From positions 37,209,590-37,273,589 of the forward strand of contig NC_092387.1 of assembly GCF_030028105.1 (NCBI RefSeq): a stretch of 64,000 nucleotides of DNA, written 5' to 3'. The notes below the pieces were generated by a model. That model searched no databases and was not told where the DNA came from. It saw nothing but the letters and a program-made list of their open reading frames with translations. Each line of letters opens with the position of its first letter. Positions within the stretch are counted from its first letter, which is position 1. Positions 36,401 to 48,855 of this stretch are shown piece by piece. Position numbers and translations under genes: made by a program. This stretch comes from Mobula birostris. Lineage: Eukaryota.

Positions 36401-39400
36401 ATCCCTCTGCCAGGAATGGGGCCAGATACACAAATGGAGCACAAGGGAGAACACAGCAGGAATCTGAAGCGGAGGAACAGAGGCTGATGGGACAGCACCA
36501 AGTGTGCCACCAAGACTGACAGCTCCAGACTGAAATGCGTGCCCCGAGAGGGAGGAAGTGTAGGAGTTTGAGAGCTGTCTGAGATCAGGAGAGGATAGAA
36601 AGTGGAATAGTTCACAGACAAGGAGGATTGACGGTAAGATGGGTTAAGGCGTGGTGGGCAAGGGGATAAAAGTGAGGAGTGAGGCATTTGCAAGGACACT
36701 GAGCTCACGGGCACGTGTGAGCATCTGTGAGAGAGGGACAGAGCAAGTGCATTCTTGCCAGATGATACTCACATGTATTTCCACCGACAAGTGAAATCTA
36801 TACTGCACATATGCTGCACTGGGTAGTGCCTATGAAACCTGTATGATGTCTGGTGTGTAGTGGCTACATCACTTTAAAAGAAACTACATACAGACAACTT
36901 CCACTCCATGTACTGTGATAAGTGGGCAGCATTGTTAGTCCTGTCAATACTGCAGACCTGTCACAAAGGATTGCCTGTTCCCTTCAACAGGAACGTAAGT
37001 GCTTGAAAAAGGACATGCCCTTTGCTAGTAACACTATAATTTGTCAGAAATGTGGAGGAAACTTTTCTTCTTGCAGTAACAAAATATTATTCAGCACCTT
37101 TGAATGAAAGAAACCAAGGACAACGAACAAAGTAAGCAAATCAAAGTGTTTCAAGTCTTTTTTCTAAAGCAGCTTACAGAAGATAATTATGTTCAGGCAT
37201 GCGAGGGACTGTTTGCTGACCAGTCAGTGCATAGAAGAACTAGTGACCATGCATTGCAATCAAAAAGCTTCATCAACCAGAACTTTATTCTGCATAGATA
37301 AAATATGAGAATCATTTAGGGTCTATTGATGGCGCTGTCAATGGAAGAACTACTGGATAATTCAAAGGAATGTTCATTTATCTCACTTGGCGTAGATGTA
37401 TCAAACTATTCCCAATTCCAGTGCATTAATTTTTCCAATTTTCTCTGTCAGGCTGAACTTCTGACTTGCAAATTATCTTTCTACTGGGTAGAGAGCTCAT
37501 CTTTCAAGCACTCTGGGGGCGCGTGATGGTAATGGACCAGCTGCGCTTCTGCATTCCAGCTGCACTCTACCGCTAGGGTCCTGAATTCCACAGTGTAATC
37601 CAACACTGAGCATGAGCCTTGACACAGGCAAAGTATCTAATCTCCTGCCCCCTTCCACATCCTGGAAGGTCAAAAACCTGACGTATCTCCACAGTAAATT
37701 CTTCCTATTTATTGCAAATGGTGGTTTTAATATCCCGGTCAGCAGCGGCCCAGGTCAGAGCTCACTCAGTCGGGAGAAAGATGACGAAGGCAATCTTGGC
37801 TCAGTCTGTAGAATAGAGATGGCTAGAGCTCAAAGCATTAAGGTACATTGGGACAGGAAGTTGCAGCCTCAGAATGATAATCCCTCAACAGCAATAAGCA
37901 ACATTTTACTAAAAAAACTGCAAAATAATGAGCCACAGGGGGAGGGGCCACAAAACCAGAGAGAACAGATACTTAACACAACAGGCTTCAGTAGGAGCAA
38001 CTCGTGGAGGCTGGCTGGTTGGATGAGTGAACAAGGGCTGTGGATGACAGCTCGGTTTAAACAGGCTGCAAATGATGAGTTGGAAATGACTAGCAGGTGA
38101 CTCCTGTTAGCTGGGTGGGGAGTGGGAGGTGCCTGCCTGTGCAGGTCGGAGAGAAGGTTGCACAATGTTTTTATTCCAAGTGCAGTGGAAGGCAGAGCTA
38201 GTGAAAGCAAGTGACCTCATATTGTGTCTATTTGGCATGACAGCCCTGCTGAATGAGTCATTTTGATACTGAACACACCATGAAAAGTCATAAATCAATT
38301 ACTTGATAATTTTGTTTGTGTCATTAAATTTTGGCCTTGCCTTCACAGACATCTGTGATAAATTGTTGAAAAACAAATGGAGTTTACAAACGAGAGCTTT
38401 AAAAGAAAAATAGCACCAATCAGCAATGGGTGTAGGAAACATTGCATGAATTAAGAATTGAAAATACATGTGGACTAAGATGTTAACTGTCCTGTGCAAT
38501 CACCAGTGGGATCATCAGTTGATCTGCCACCTGCCTTCAGGAATTTCGGCCCACTTATGATCAAGACTCCCTCGAGGTGGTGGGCCAGCAGTGCTAAAGC
38601 ACCACCTCCCACTGGTGAGCTTAAAAACTCGGCATCTGTCTCTATCAGAGTTGTTGGTTGCTTCCATCCAACAGATAGTCTACTCTTCAGGTGTCTATGC
38701 AACTACTGAAGGGTTTGCAAAAGATGTATACACTGTCTGACTATCTGCCCCTCTGAACATACTTGGTCCACACCTATGCCGATCCTGTACAATGACAAGA
38801 GATTTGTCAGGCAATGGTGACTTAATGGTTGTGTTTTATTTAGTTTAAGTGTTACATTGTGAAAAATTAGTGTCCTTATGTTGAAGGGAAGGATTGTGTT
38901 TCGACAATTTTACAACGCAACCATGATGAGGTTTTGTGGGTGTTAGCTGTAGATATTTTCAGAAGTCGATGTCCTATATTGAGACAAAGTGAAAACAGTT
39001 ATCCCGTTGATGGAAGATTTATGGTCTGGGAAAATTCAAAGTTAGGAACCAAAAGATGTTTGGTGGCAATCAATAAATTTAATTAAGTTCTCAAAGATAC
39101 CCAAAGAGTGATTAGAATCTACTTTCTCTGGGAAGCAAAACATAATTATTTTAAGAGAAAGCTAAATAAACACACAAGAAAGAACCTGATAGAGGGGAGT
39201 GCTAATAGGTTTTAAAATAGAACAGAAAAAGGCTAATGTGGAACTTAAACACTGCTTAAACACAGCTGTTGACCATTTTGGATGAATAGCTTCAAAAACT
39301 CTGTCCTAAATGTTATCTAATACAAGTCCATAGAAAAACACATTATTGTGCTGCTAAAAATAAAATCACACACTAAAGATCCCAACCCTTCAAATGTTCA

Positions 39401-40059
39401 GTCTAATAACTAACACTGTGACTAGAATGAACAAAATTCAAGATATGTAAACAACATTCCATAACTTCACAATTCAGAGACACTCTATTGTCTTAACCAT
39501 CAATGTGTTTAAGCTGTTTCAAATGACTTGCAGTTTATTGTCTTGTTCCTGTCTTATAAATGGCCAGGAAACAAAAACATTTCTGCACATTTCAAACAGA
39601 ACCAATATGGTCAGCAAAACACAGTACTGACCTAACTAAATCCACCACATGCTACAAATTGTTTTTGTTCCTGTTCATAGCTATTTTCATCAATGAACAA
39701 TCTTGCTTTAATCTTTGTCTTTTAAAGATAATGAATTACAAAATATTAATCTTTAGTAGCAGGAAGTCTACCCGTTATAGAATTAAAATAGGCCCGGAAG
39801 ATTTTTTAATCTATACATACAAATTGCTACAGCTTAATATTTAAAAGCAGCATTAGATTCAGAGATTAATTTACCTTGAATTTAAATAATGTGAAGATTT
39901 TAGCAATTCCTTGGGACCAATCAAATCTCCATTTCCCAGCCGTGTCTCTCTCTTCTATTCCTCTCTCCCTCCCCATCCCCCTCCCTCTCTTGTCACTGTC
40001 TGGGGCAGAACAAGACTATTTGGCATCCAATTTAACCAGCAGCTGAGCTATCTTATATT

Positions 40060-40660
40060 CTGCATCACTAAAATTGGCTCCATAATACTGTTAAATGTTG
40101 CAAAAGTGCTTTCCTCCACCACCCCCTTCACACAGTGCTTTCAGATTCCATCACCTTCAGGGTGGAAAAAAAAGCTCTTTTTCAAAGTCCCTCTAAATCT
40201 CCTATCCATTTTCTATACATATGCCATCTGAGTACAAACATCCCTGGTTTGGGGAAATGTTTCTATTTCTCTCCTAAATTTACATATCTCAGTCAGGTAT
40301 ATTTGAAACTTTCCCCACCTATTCTCTCTTCATGACCAAAACACTCCATCCCAGAAAACATTCTGGTGAACCTCCTTTTTGTCCTCTCCAGTGCAATCAT
40401 ATCCTTCCTAAAGTGTGATGACCAGAACCATGTACAATACTCCAGCTGTAGATGAAGTAACGTTTTATGGAGCTGAACTGTAACATCCCTGCCCAGACTA
40501 ATGAAGGTAAGTACCTGATTGCCATCAGGAAGCCTTGGACATGTACCCTGTATACCTCTACTCCTCAGTACTCCTGAGGATCTTACCACTTACTACGTGT
40601 ATCCTATCCTTAGTCCCCCCCCCCAACATGTCCTCCATTTTAATTGAATTCCATCTGCCA
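40060..40660 (-). mobile_element. Old CR1 LINE fragment
   Basis: Translation LHKTLLHLQLEYCTWFWSSHFRKDMIALERTKRRFTRM. Confidence 0.7.
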
Positions 40661-40999
40661 TTGCTCTGTAGTCATAGAACATAGAAATCTACAACACATT
40701 ACAAAATTATGGCTCTTATAATTGAAACTTGATTTCTGCATTCTACTTTTTTGTTTCAAAATTCTATCTACCTCTGCCTCAAAGATTCTCCTTCCACCTT
40801 CTTTGAAGTATTGTGTGCCTTGCAACTCTGAGAAAGATGATTCGCCTCATCTCTTTCTCTTAAGTGGGTGGTCCTTTATTTTTAAATAGTGACCTCTAAG
40901 CATCAAAATGAACCGCCGTCTGCACCAACACCCTGTCAAGAACCTCCGGGATTTCTCATGTTTTGATTGTATATTTGCATTGATCAGAGAGGAAACATT

Positions 41000-42250
41000 C
41001 ACGAAGAGTAGGGTCCCTTTAAAGATGGCAATCCTTAACTGTGAAGATCTGCTGGCTGGGCGCCTTTCCTCTCGTCTCGCAGCAAGAGGCAGCCAGTAGG
41101 CGGTGCTGCCTGGAGTTTGCTTCACTGCAGGGTGAGGGTTGGACGTGCGGTAAAGGCTAAAAGACTGAAATAGAACGCGATTAAAGCGTTGAACTTTTCT
41201 TTTGCCTTAAAAACAAAATTTAAGGAGAAACGAAGATGTCTGCAGGTTGCCAGCAAAGCGAATGTCGCGTAATCCCCACCAGGACAGTGATTCTGAATGA
41301 TGCAACGCAGCTACCTCATGATTATTGCACTACACCGGGAGGAACGCTGTTCTCCACCACTCCAGGAGGTAAATACATATTAACAATCAATAATGCAACC
41401 TTCCCGGCTCCGGTTTGGGGTTCATGTCATCAGCAAATCCGGCAAATGTGCAGCGGCCTATTCCGAGTGCTGCCCTTTAAATCCGTTAAAAAGTGGGTGG
41501 AGGAACCTTAAGACGGCTGCGATTGCAGAAAGAAACCAAGTGCTATATCTGTGATCATTTTCAGCTCGATTCAGTTTCCGTTGTGCAGATTTGTCCGTTC
41601 TGTCGGTAGAAAAGCAAACCAGAGTGCAGGCCGTTTGCCAAGAGGCAGAACCTCGTGCTGTCGAGTCTGAGCGAACTTTTAGTAACCTGCATAGATTTTT
41701 TGGCAAAATGCAAGCGTACCGTTGCCAAATAAGGATTAGTGCATCTGTGCGGCAATGTTGCACACTTTTATTTTGTATTCGCCGATTTTATTTTAAGTGC
41801 ACGCTTCGAGGCGGCGGATGGGGCTGGCTGAATTCGCTGCTCGATTTCGGGCCCGCTCCGCTGCGGCGAGTTTCCTGTTTGCTCTGATCACTCGGTCTGT
41901 GCGAGTGTTTTGTTTTAGGATTTCGGGCTCTTGTTAAATGTCAGTGTTGCATCTGAATGGGAAAGTGATTGCGCTGGCGTTTCTTTTGCCTCGCTCCTTT
42001 TCCCAGAGGTTGGATTTTTGTGTCTGGCTCTCGTGATCTCGTCTCGTCCCGTCCGTCGCGCACGAACCGAGTCAGCAACACCCGCCTCCCCCTGCCAAAC
42101 CTTCTGCCTTTTGATTAATCCCTGTCCAGTCTCTGCGTGACTGGGTAGGGGGGCTATATTGAGGGAACATCGAGCTAGAATCAGAACGCTTCAAGGGATA
42201 GATCAAATATGAAAATCGGAGCGAGTCCCACCAAACTATAAACCGATAAA
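41000..42250 (+). promoter_or_regulatory. CpG-rich promoter / first exon / start of intron 1 of the 4E-BP gene
   Basis: CpG dinucleotides rise sharply in non-repetitive DNA around the ATG, compared with the CpG-poor background. A YY1-like aagatggc lies at 41022-41029. Confidence 0.65.
41236..41368 (+). CDS. EIF4EBP2: eIF4E-binding protein, coding exon 1
   Basis: Reads [44 protein letters not shown] with donor GAG|gtaaat, phase 1. [10 protein letters not shown] is the 4E-BP2 form. Family assignment is near certain, paralog assignment is likely. Confidence 0.95.
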
Positions 42251-43697
42251 TCACAACAAAAGAATTTTTCTAACTTAATCAGGTGATGGTAACTTCGCAT
42301 TTAATTGGTGCTTTCCTCGAGCACAGGACGTCCCAAGCGCTTTATAGCCAATGGGGTAATCCTGTGTTTAAAATGCAGTCGTAATGTGGGAAATACAGGA
42401 TCCAACATGGACACGGCAGGCTTTCACTGTATGCGGAATAGATGGTTCGTGTTAGTGAAATAAAAGCAGAGAATGCGTGAAAAAACTGTGCAGGTCAGGC
42501 ACATAGAGGCAGTTAACATCTTGGATCCAAGCACCTTCACCAGAACTTGTTTTTGTGATGTGGATACAAAGAGAGACATTAGGCACACTCCTTAACCTCA
42601 TTTGAAATAATTCCGTTTGCAACTGCTTGAGGGGGGAGACCGCTATCAGTTTAAAGTTTCTTCTGAAAGACTGGTCCGAATCTCTGTGCGGCACTTTCTC
42701 AGTACTGCTCTGGCCTTGTCCAACTGATGTTGGGTGGGATTTGATTCCTTGACGTGAAATGAAGTGGCTGATGACTGCTGTGTTCCCAGTATCTCAAAAT
42801 GCTCTACCGTGCAACGCGAAATCCGAAATGGAGGGAGGACAAAGCAGGGGAGAGAAATTTTTCCTTTGGGAGAAATTATTTGTTTATGATGTGTTTGACA
42901 GCAACAATGAACTTGGATACGATTGAAAGGGGTTAGACTGCCTGTTTATTTACTAGATAAAACATTTTGACTGTAATGACAAAAAAAAACTCGTATCACT
43001 TTTAGTTGCTACCTGATCTTTCATAAATACAGTATGGTGCAGAGTTTTAACCTTAAAACACTGATGAAAACCGAATTGGACAAGAGTGATCCCCGTGCGA
43101 CTTTGGGAAGTGAAGTAAATATGATTCTGCGATGGGTGGGGAGGTGTAGTTGAAGAATTATTAATGGAAAATGTGCACTTGTTGCCAAGACGATAAGTCT
43201 CTTGTTATTCTGGCAACTTTTTAACTGAGTTAGTAAAATACAGTACTGTGGAATATCAACAGATTCCTTCATTTCAGCAAAGGAGAATAAAACTTTTAAA
43301 ATTCCTGCCCCAGTCTTTGAGACAACATGGGAAAGTTTATCTGAGAGTCAGGTATAGCCACTGTATTAAGGCAGGCTTCTAATAGTAATAATATTTGTTC
43401 TACTCCTCATGCTCATACAAGTCCGAAGAGCAATTGGGCTTGCCTCAGTTGAAAGTATGCTGATGTATTCATATCAAGTATATTGTATTCTTCTGGATTT
43501 GTTTCAACAGATATAAGAATGAAGACCAGAGAGATAAAAATCAGAACTGATGAATGGTCCAGTCAAAATGTTATTTGCCTTCTGGTTAAAGATTTTTAAT
43601 TGTATAAGATCTTGAGTGTTGTATGTGTGACTCATTAAATCTTGTGGCCTGAAGAAGAGTATGTACTGCAGATACAATGAAACTTTAAAGATTTAAG

Positions 43698-44396
43698 CAA
43701 CACACATCAAAGTTGCTGTTGAACACAGCAGGCCAAGCAGCATCTGTAGGAAGAGGTGCAGTCGATGTTTCAGGCCGAGACCCTTCGTCAGGACTAACTG
43801 AAGGAAGAGTGAGTAAGGGATTTGAAAGTTGGAGGGGGAGGGGGAGATCCAAAATGATAGGAGAAGACAGGAGGGGGAGGGATAGAGCCAAGAGCTGGAC
43901 AGGTGATAGGCAAAAGGGGATACGAGAGGATCATGGGACAGGAGGTCCGGGAAGAAAGACGGGGGGGGGGGGGGGGAGACCCAGAGGATGGGCAAGAGGT
44001 ATATTCAGAGGGACAGAGGGAGAAAAAAGAGAGTGAGAGAAAGAATGTGTGCATAAAAATAAGTAACAGATGGGGTACGAGGGGGAGGTGGGGCCTTAGT
44101 GGAAGTTAGAGAAGTCGATGTTCATGCCATCAGGTTGGAGGCTACCCAGACGGAATATAAGGTGTTGTTCCTCCAACCTGAGTGTGGCTTCATCTTTACA
44201 GTAGAGGAGGCCGTGGATAGACATGTCAGAATGGGAATGGGATGTGGAATTAAAATGTGTGGCCACTGGGAGATCCTGCTTTCTCTGGCGGACAGAGCGT
44301 AGATGTTCAGCAAAGCGGTCTCCCAGTCTGCGTTGGGTCTCGCCAATATATAAAAGGCCACATCGGGAGCACCGGACGCAGTACATCACCCCAATC
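43698..44396 (-). mobile_element. Young Penelope-like element 3' part (open GIY-YIG domain and pLTR) in 4E-BP intron 1
   Basis: Translation YCVRCSRCGLLYIGETQRRLGDRFAEHLRSVR...DGMNIDFSNF. 13-bp TSD ttaaagatttaag at 43685-43697 and 44397-44409. Confidence 0.92.
43759..43796 (-). ncRNA. Minimal hammerhead ribozyme motif (PLE pLTR)
   Basis: tagtc-CTGACGA-agggtctcggcct-GAAA-catc-gactg on the minus strand, antisense to 4E-BP. Confidence 0.75.
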
Positions 44397-44859
44397 TTAA
44401 AGATTTAAGATTCATCTGTTTTTTAAGATAGTAAAGTATGAAGGGATGTATATCTCATGTAATGATTGGGCAGTGTGTAATATCAAAAAGCCACTCGTAA
44501 ATTGGAAACCATTATCCAGTTACAGACTGAAATTATTTTTTTAATAGCATGGTCTAATCATGGGTGGGTAACCTATAGAATGTGTGGCGAAAATGTCACA
44601 AGCAAAAATTGTGTTGTCACATGGCATGCAGTGCCACTTCTTGGTTGCTTAAACCCCACTCATAATAAAAAGATAATCATTTCTGCCAAATGTCTCATCG
44701 AGGGTAAGCGTATTTATTTTCCTTGAGGAGCAACCTGATTGACAACAAAATTATGGCTAGGCGGTGGGAATATTTTCCCCCAAAGTTGAGAATGTCTGAA
44801 ACGAGACGACATGGGGTAGGAGGTTTAGAGTGAATCTGAGCAATAATAAACCTGAATCT

Positions 44860-45370
44860 GAGATTCTTCTGAAGTTGAGAGGGGATTCTGATAGTCACGT
44901 GTCACATCTACGGGCTGTTCCCAGGGGCATGCATCAGAACAGACTTCAATTCTGCCGGAAGGTCACGAAAGACATCCTTTGGTCTGCCCGAAATTCATTG
45001 GTCTTCCAGTGTGGTGAGATAACTGTAAGGGAATGCTGCCAACTGGCAAATTCCAGGATGCAGGAGATTGTGCTGTGGGGTGCCACTGAAGCTTGATGCG
45101 GCTAATGCAGAGTCTCTGAAGGACCCCAGTCTAGGCCCCTTCTGGTGCCACATGTGGAGGGGCTGAGTCGAGTTGGGGAAAGTCCTTAAGCATTTGAAAT
45201 GGTCTATCATCCCAGGGGGCCACATAAGTGATAGTGGTACTATGATTTTAAAAAAAAAAGATAAATTAACACAACTGAATGTATTGACTATGAATGTAAA
45301 AGCTTTGCACTGTTTCTTCTGTATATTTGTTTATTATGACTAAGTTTTGTTTCTGGAATTTAAAAAAAAC
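44860..45370 (+). mobile_element. L1/Tx1-type LINE 3' fragment
   Basis: Translation KDILWSARNSLVFQCGEITVRECCQLA resembles a Tx1 ORF2 C-terminus. It ends in an A-run. Confidence 0.6.
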
Positions 45371-47254
45371 TCTGATTTTGATTGGAGGTGGTGAGCTACA
45401 GGTGTTAGCTCTAACCAATCTGAATCGAGTAGATTCTAATTTTGCCCACTGAATCATCTGATAGCAATACCTGAGGCCTGCTGTTCAGAAGAACTGTTTT
45501 TGTTTTCAAACTGAGAGGAGTTTAGGTTCTCAGGTTCCATCGTTGTGTATTGGTATCTCCAACAATAAGTGGAGCCCTAGACATGCATGTGTGCAATATA
45601 AAGATAATAATCTGAATCCTGTGTTTAAAAAATTAGACGAACTTAGAGATGAGGTAATATTGTTATGTTTCTCATATTATTGATGTTTCCTTGTTACCCT
45701 GAATGGTGAAATATCTGTTGAGAAACCAGGGGCACGTTTTAGTCAGAGAAACGTAGTGGCTTTGGGGATGAGTGGGACCATTACTGCTAGTTAGAAGAAT
45801 CTGTGCCATTATAATTAGGCAGACCTACCTGCCGTGTTCTAAAGTGAATGAATCATTCATTGTTGTAGTCCAGTCCTGAAAAGAAATTCCATTGTGCCTT
45901 TTGCAGAAGTGTGATGAGCATTGATTACAGGAATTCTATTCCATGCTCTGTAATACTATGGCTCTATGCATGGGGATGAAATTAACAACATGTACAACTT
46001 TAAGAAAGCGTTTGGGTTCTGCTGTGATGTTTTGGGGTGATTCTGAGCACAAGACAAGAAGTCAGCAGCCCTTCTGTTAAGACCTTGTAGTTGTGAGAGA
46101 AAATGCTCTGAAGCAGAATTAGTAGGACTTTGTTATTAGCGTACTGACTGCTCGCAGTACTGAAAAATGAAAATGCATTATATTGAGCCAGGAAAGATCT
46201 GACGCTATCAGAGACAGAGATGAATAGACCAGCAGACGGAATATTAACTACATAGTCAAAAACTGGTTGGCACAATTGAAGGTGTAGTGGCATCTGCACT
46301 GGACTTTGGAGCAAGTAGTCCTGGTTTCGAATCAGACTAGCTCCTTGCACGCTTTCCATCCATGCTGGGTTGAGGGTAGAGCTAGCAACTCTCTCATAAA
46401 ACAGACAAATGCTAAAATGAGTGAGGCATGCAAAGGTATTACTTACAATTGAAGGTTACCAGTTTTATATAGCAAAGTATTGCTGTTCCTTACTTCAAGA
46501 TAAATTTCTGATTTCAAATGACATTTATATGAAATAGAGGAGCTTAAATTTGAAGTTTTTGCCTCGGGTCACAAAGGCGGTTATTGCAGTTTGAGAGTAT
46601 TGGTTCTGTATCAATGTAAACACCAATTTTGTATACTTTTGACAATGTTGGGCATGACCCTGGAGCATCGGAAAAGATGGATTTCTCCAGTCCTAGGGGT
46701 TATTGTCATCTGAAGGCACAGAAATAAAGGAGATAGGAAAGTGTGACCATGTAGAAGTTCATCATTATGCCATGTGATTGTTCATCTCTTGGACCATAGA
46801 TTTAGGATGATAATATTGACGAAACTCATTTTCCTCCAATACCCAGCCTTTCATTTTTGGAAATTATTAAATACTTGTTAGCTGTCGTTATTTTGATCCA
46901 GTGGATGAAAAGAGTTTGAATTATAAAGGTAATGAATAAATTCCCCAGCATTTTCTAGAGACGCACAGATCTGGAAATGTCAGAAATATTATCCCTACTT
47001 AGTCCTGCCCTACTACAGTTGGTGTTACCCATAGAGTTAGTCACAGCCCATACAAGGCTAATTGCACTTGTGATGAGCAAAATGGACATGTGAACTCAAT
47101 ACCTGGACTTACACAGTTGGTATGTGAATTTTAAATTTGCAAAAGCTTAAGTTGGAGAAGCTACTTTTATCTGCGGATTTTAATGATAAAATGAAAGTAG
47201 TATGTGAGAATATTTTTGATCTTTGAGTCCTTCAGAGGACCACATCACATTTGG

Positions 47255-47488
47255 GCAACACAAACACAAAAGTTGCTGGTGAACGCAGCAGGCCAGGCAG
47301 CATCCCTAGGAAGAGGTGCAGTCGACGTTTCAGGCCGAGACCCTTTGTCAGGACTCCTGACAAAGGGTCTCGGCCTGAAACGTCGACTGCACCTCTTCCT
47401 AGAGATGCTGCCTGGCCTGCTGCGTTCACCAGCAACTTTTGTGTTTGTGTTGCTTGAATTTCCAGCATCTGCAGAATTCCTGTTGTTT
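47255..47488. mobile_element. PLE pLTR ends inserted as a near-perfect 199-bp palindrome plus 35-nt tail
   Basis: 47255-47353 pairs with 47355-47453 (1-nt spacer, one mismatch). 12-bp TSD acatttgggcaa at 47247-47258 and 47489-47500. Confidence 0.92.
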
Positions 47489-48138
47489 ACATTTGGGCAA
47501 TGTTGGTTAATGCATTATCAGCTAAAATTAATTCACATGTCTAGAACAATGCTTGGATGCAGCTTTCTATTGAAGAATGCTGTTTTTCAGATCACATATT
47601 GGAGTTAGGATTATAGAAAGTTATAGCATAAGAAAAGGCCATTTTCTCCGTTATGCCTTTTTCATTTCTTTGATAAATCCTCTTCCTCTCCTCTTTCCTC
47701 ATAGCACAATGAATTTTATATTTATCCAGTTTCCTTAAAGAAAGCCTTCAGGTTGTGTATTCCAGCTCCAGGAAAATTCAGTGTGCTTACATTTTTAAAA
47801 GGAAAAACTCCACATCTCCCTTCTATTTAGGCAGTTTACCTTTAGTCTGTGTTGTGATTTTATTCTTTCCCTGAGTAGAAATAGTTTTACTTACTGTTTA
47901 CACCTGTTATAGCCTTTTAATAGTTTTAAATGCCTCAGTCATAACTCTGAGCAGACTTTTTGTATCCATAGAGAACAGCCAGTGTCTTCTTGTACCAGAT
48001 GCCCCTCATAACTGATAGCATTCTAATAAGCCCCCACTCCACCTATCGTAGGCTTGTTAAAGGATTTAACACTTAATGTGCAGTCATCTGAGTAATTATG
48101 TGGGATTTTATCTGTAAAATTTAATTTTGCTATTTCAG

Positions 48139-48312
48139 GCACCCGGATTATTTACGATCGGAAGTTTCTTATGGACTGCCGTCATTCTCCAATTGCAAAG
48201 ACTCCACCTCGTTACCTCCCGCACATCCCAGGTGTAACAACCCCTGGCATTGCTGAAGATACCAAGGCAGAAGCAAACAATGCTGCTCACAGTGAAGGAA
48301 AATCATCCACTG
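48139..48312 (+). CDS. EIF4EBP2: eIF4E-binding protein, coding exon 2
   Basis: tatttcag acceptor, TG|gtgaga donor, 174 nt. Reads (G)[57 protein letters not shown], containing the YXXXXL-phi motif YDRKFLM and IPGVT. Confidence 0.96.
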
Positions 48313-48529
48313 GTGAGATATGGTGATTTTAAACTACAGGGAGTTGTGGGGGCAATGGGGGGGGGGGGAGAGGAAAAAAGCTAGACTGACTTAATTTTTT
48401 CTCATTAATTCATAAATTGGAGATGCTGGGGAGATTGCAAGGATCAGAACGGATCAGTGGTTGGGTACACCATCAATGATTGCTGATCCAGTTAATTTAA
48501 TGCAATCTTAACAGTTTAATTATTCGATA

Positions 48530-48855
48530 TTTTGAAGGTAAAGATTGGCGTTATTTGTCACATGTAAATGGAAACATACACTGAACTGCATTGTTTGTGT
48601 CAACAACCAACACAGTCTGAATATGTGTTGCGGCAGCCCGCAAGTGTCAGCACACTTCACTTAGTATGCCCCAACTCACTAAACCTAACCATATGTCTTA
48701 GGAATGTGGGAGGAAACCAGAGCACCCTGAGGAAAACCATGCAGTCACGGGCAGAACATACAAACTTCTTAAAGACAGTAGTGGAAATTGAACCCCGGTC
48801 TTAGAGCTGGGGCTGTAAAGCGCTGTGCTAACTGCTATGCTACCCTACTGCCTGG
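48530..48855 (-). mobile_element. HE1/V-SINE-like element
   Basis: gtgggaggaaaccagagcaccctgaggaaaaccatgcagtcacggg is the reverse complement of the SINE central domain, followed by the reversed tRNA head. Confidence 0.7.

Noticed and set aside
37612-38210. 162-aa plus-strand and 113-aa minus-strand ORFs
   Set aside because: No recognisable motif or coherent exon structure.
41132-41225. Possible small 5' UTR intron (gtgagg...tttaag) of 4E-BP
   Set aside because: The polypyrimidine tract is separated from the AG by an A-rich stretch, so it cannot be supported without transcripts.
41369-41511. C-terminal half of the 91-aa ORF at 41236
   Set aside because: This is read-through into intron 1. 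4E-BP homology stops at the donor at 41368.
44096-44389. Open GIY-YIG endonuclease ORF as a possible domesticated gene
   Set aside because: It is a 5'-truncated PLE with a TSD, near-identical to other young copies. The open frame reflects recent insertion.
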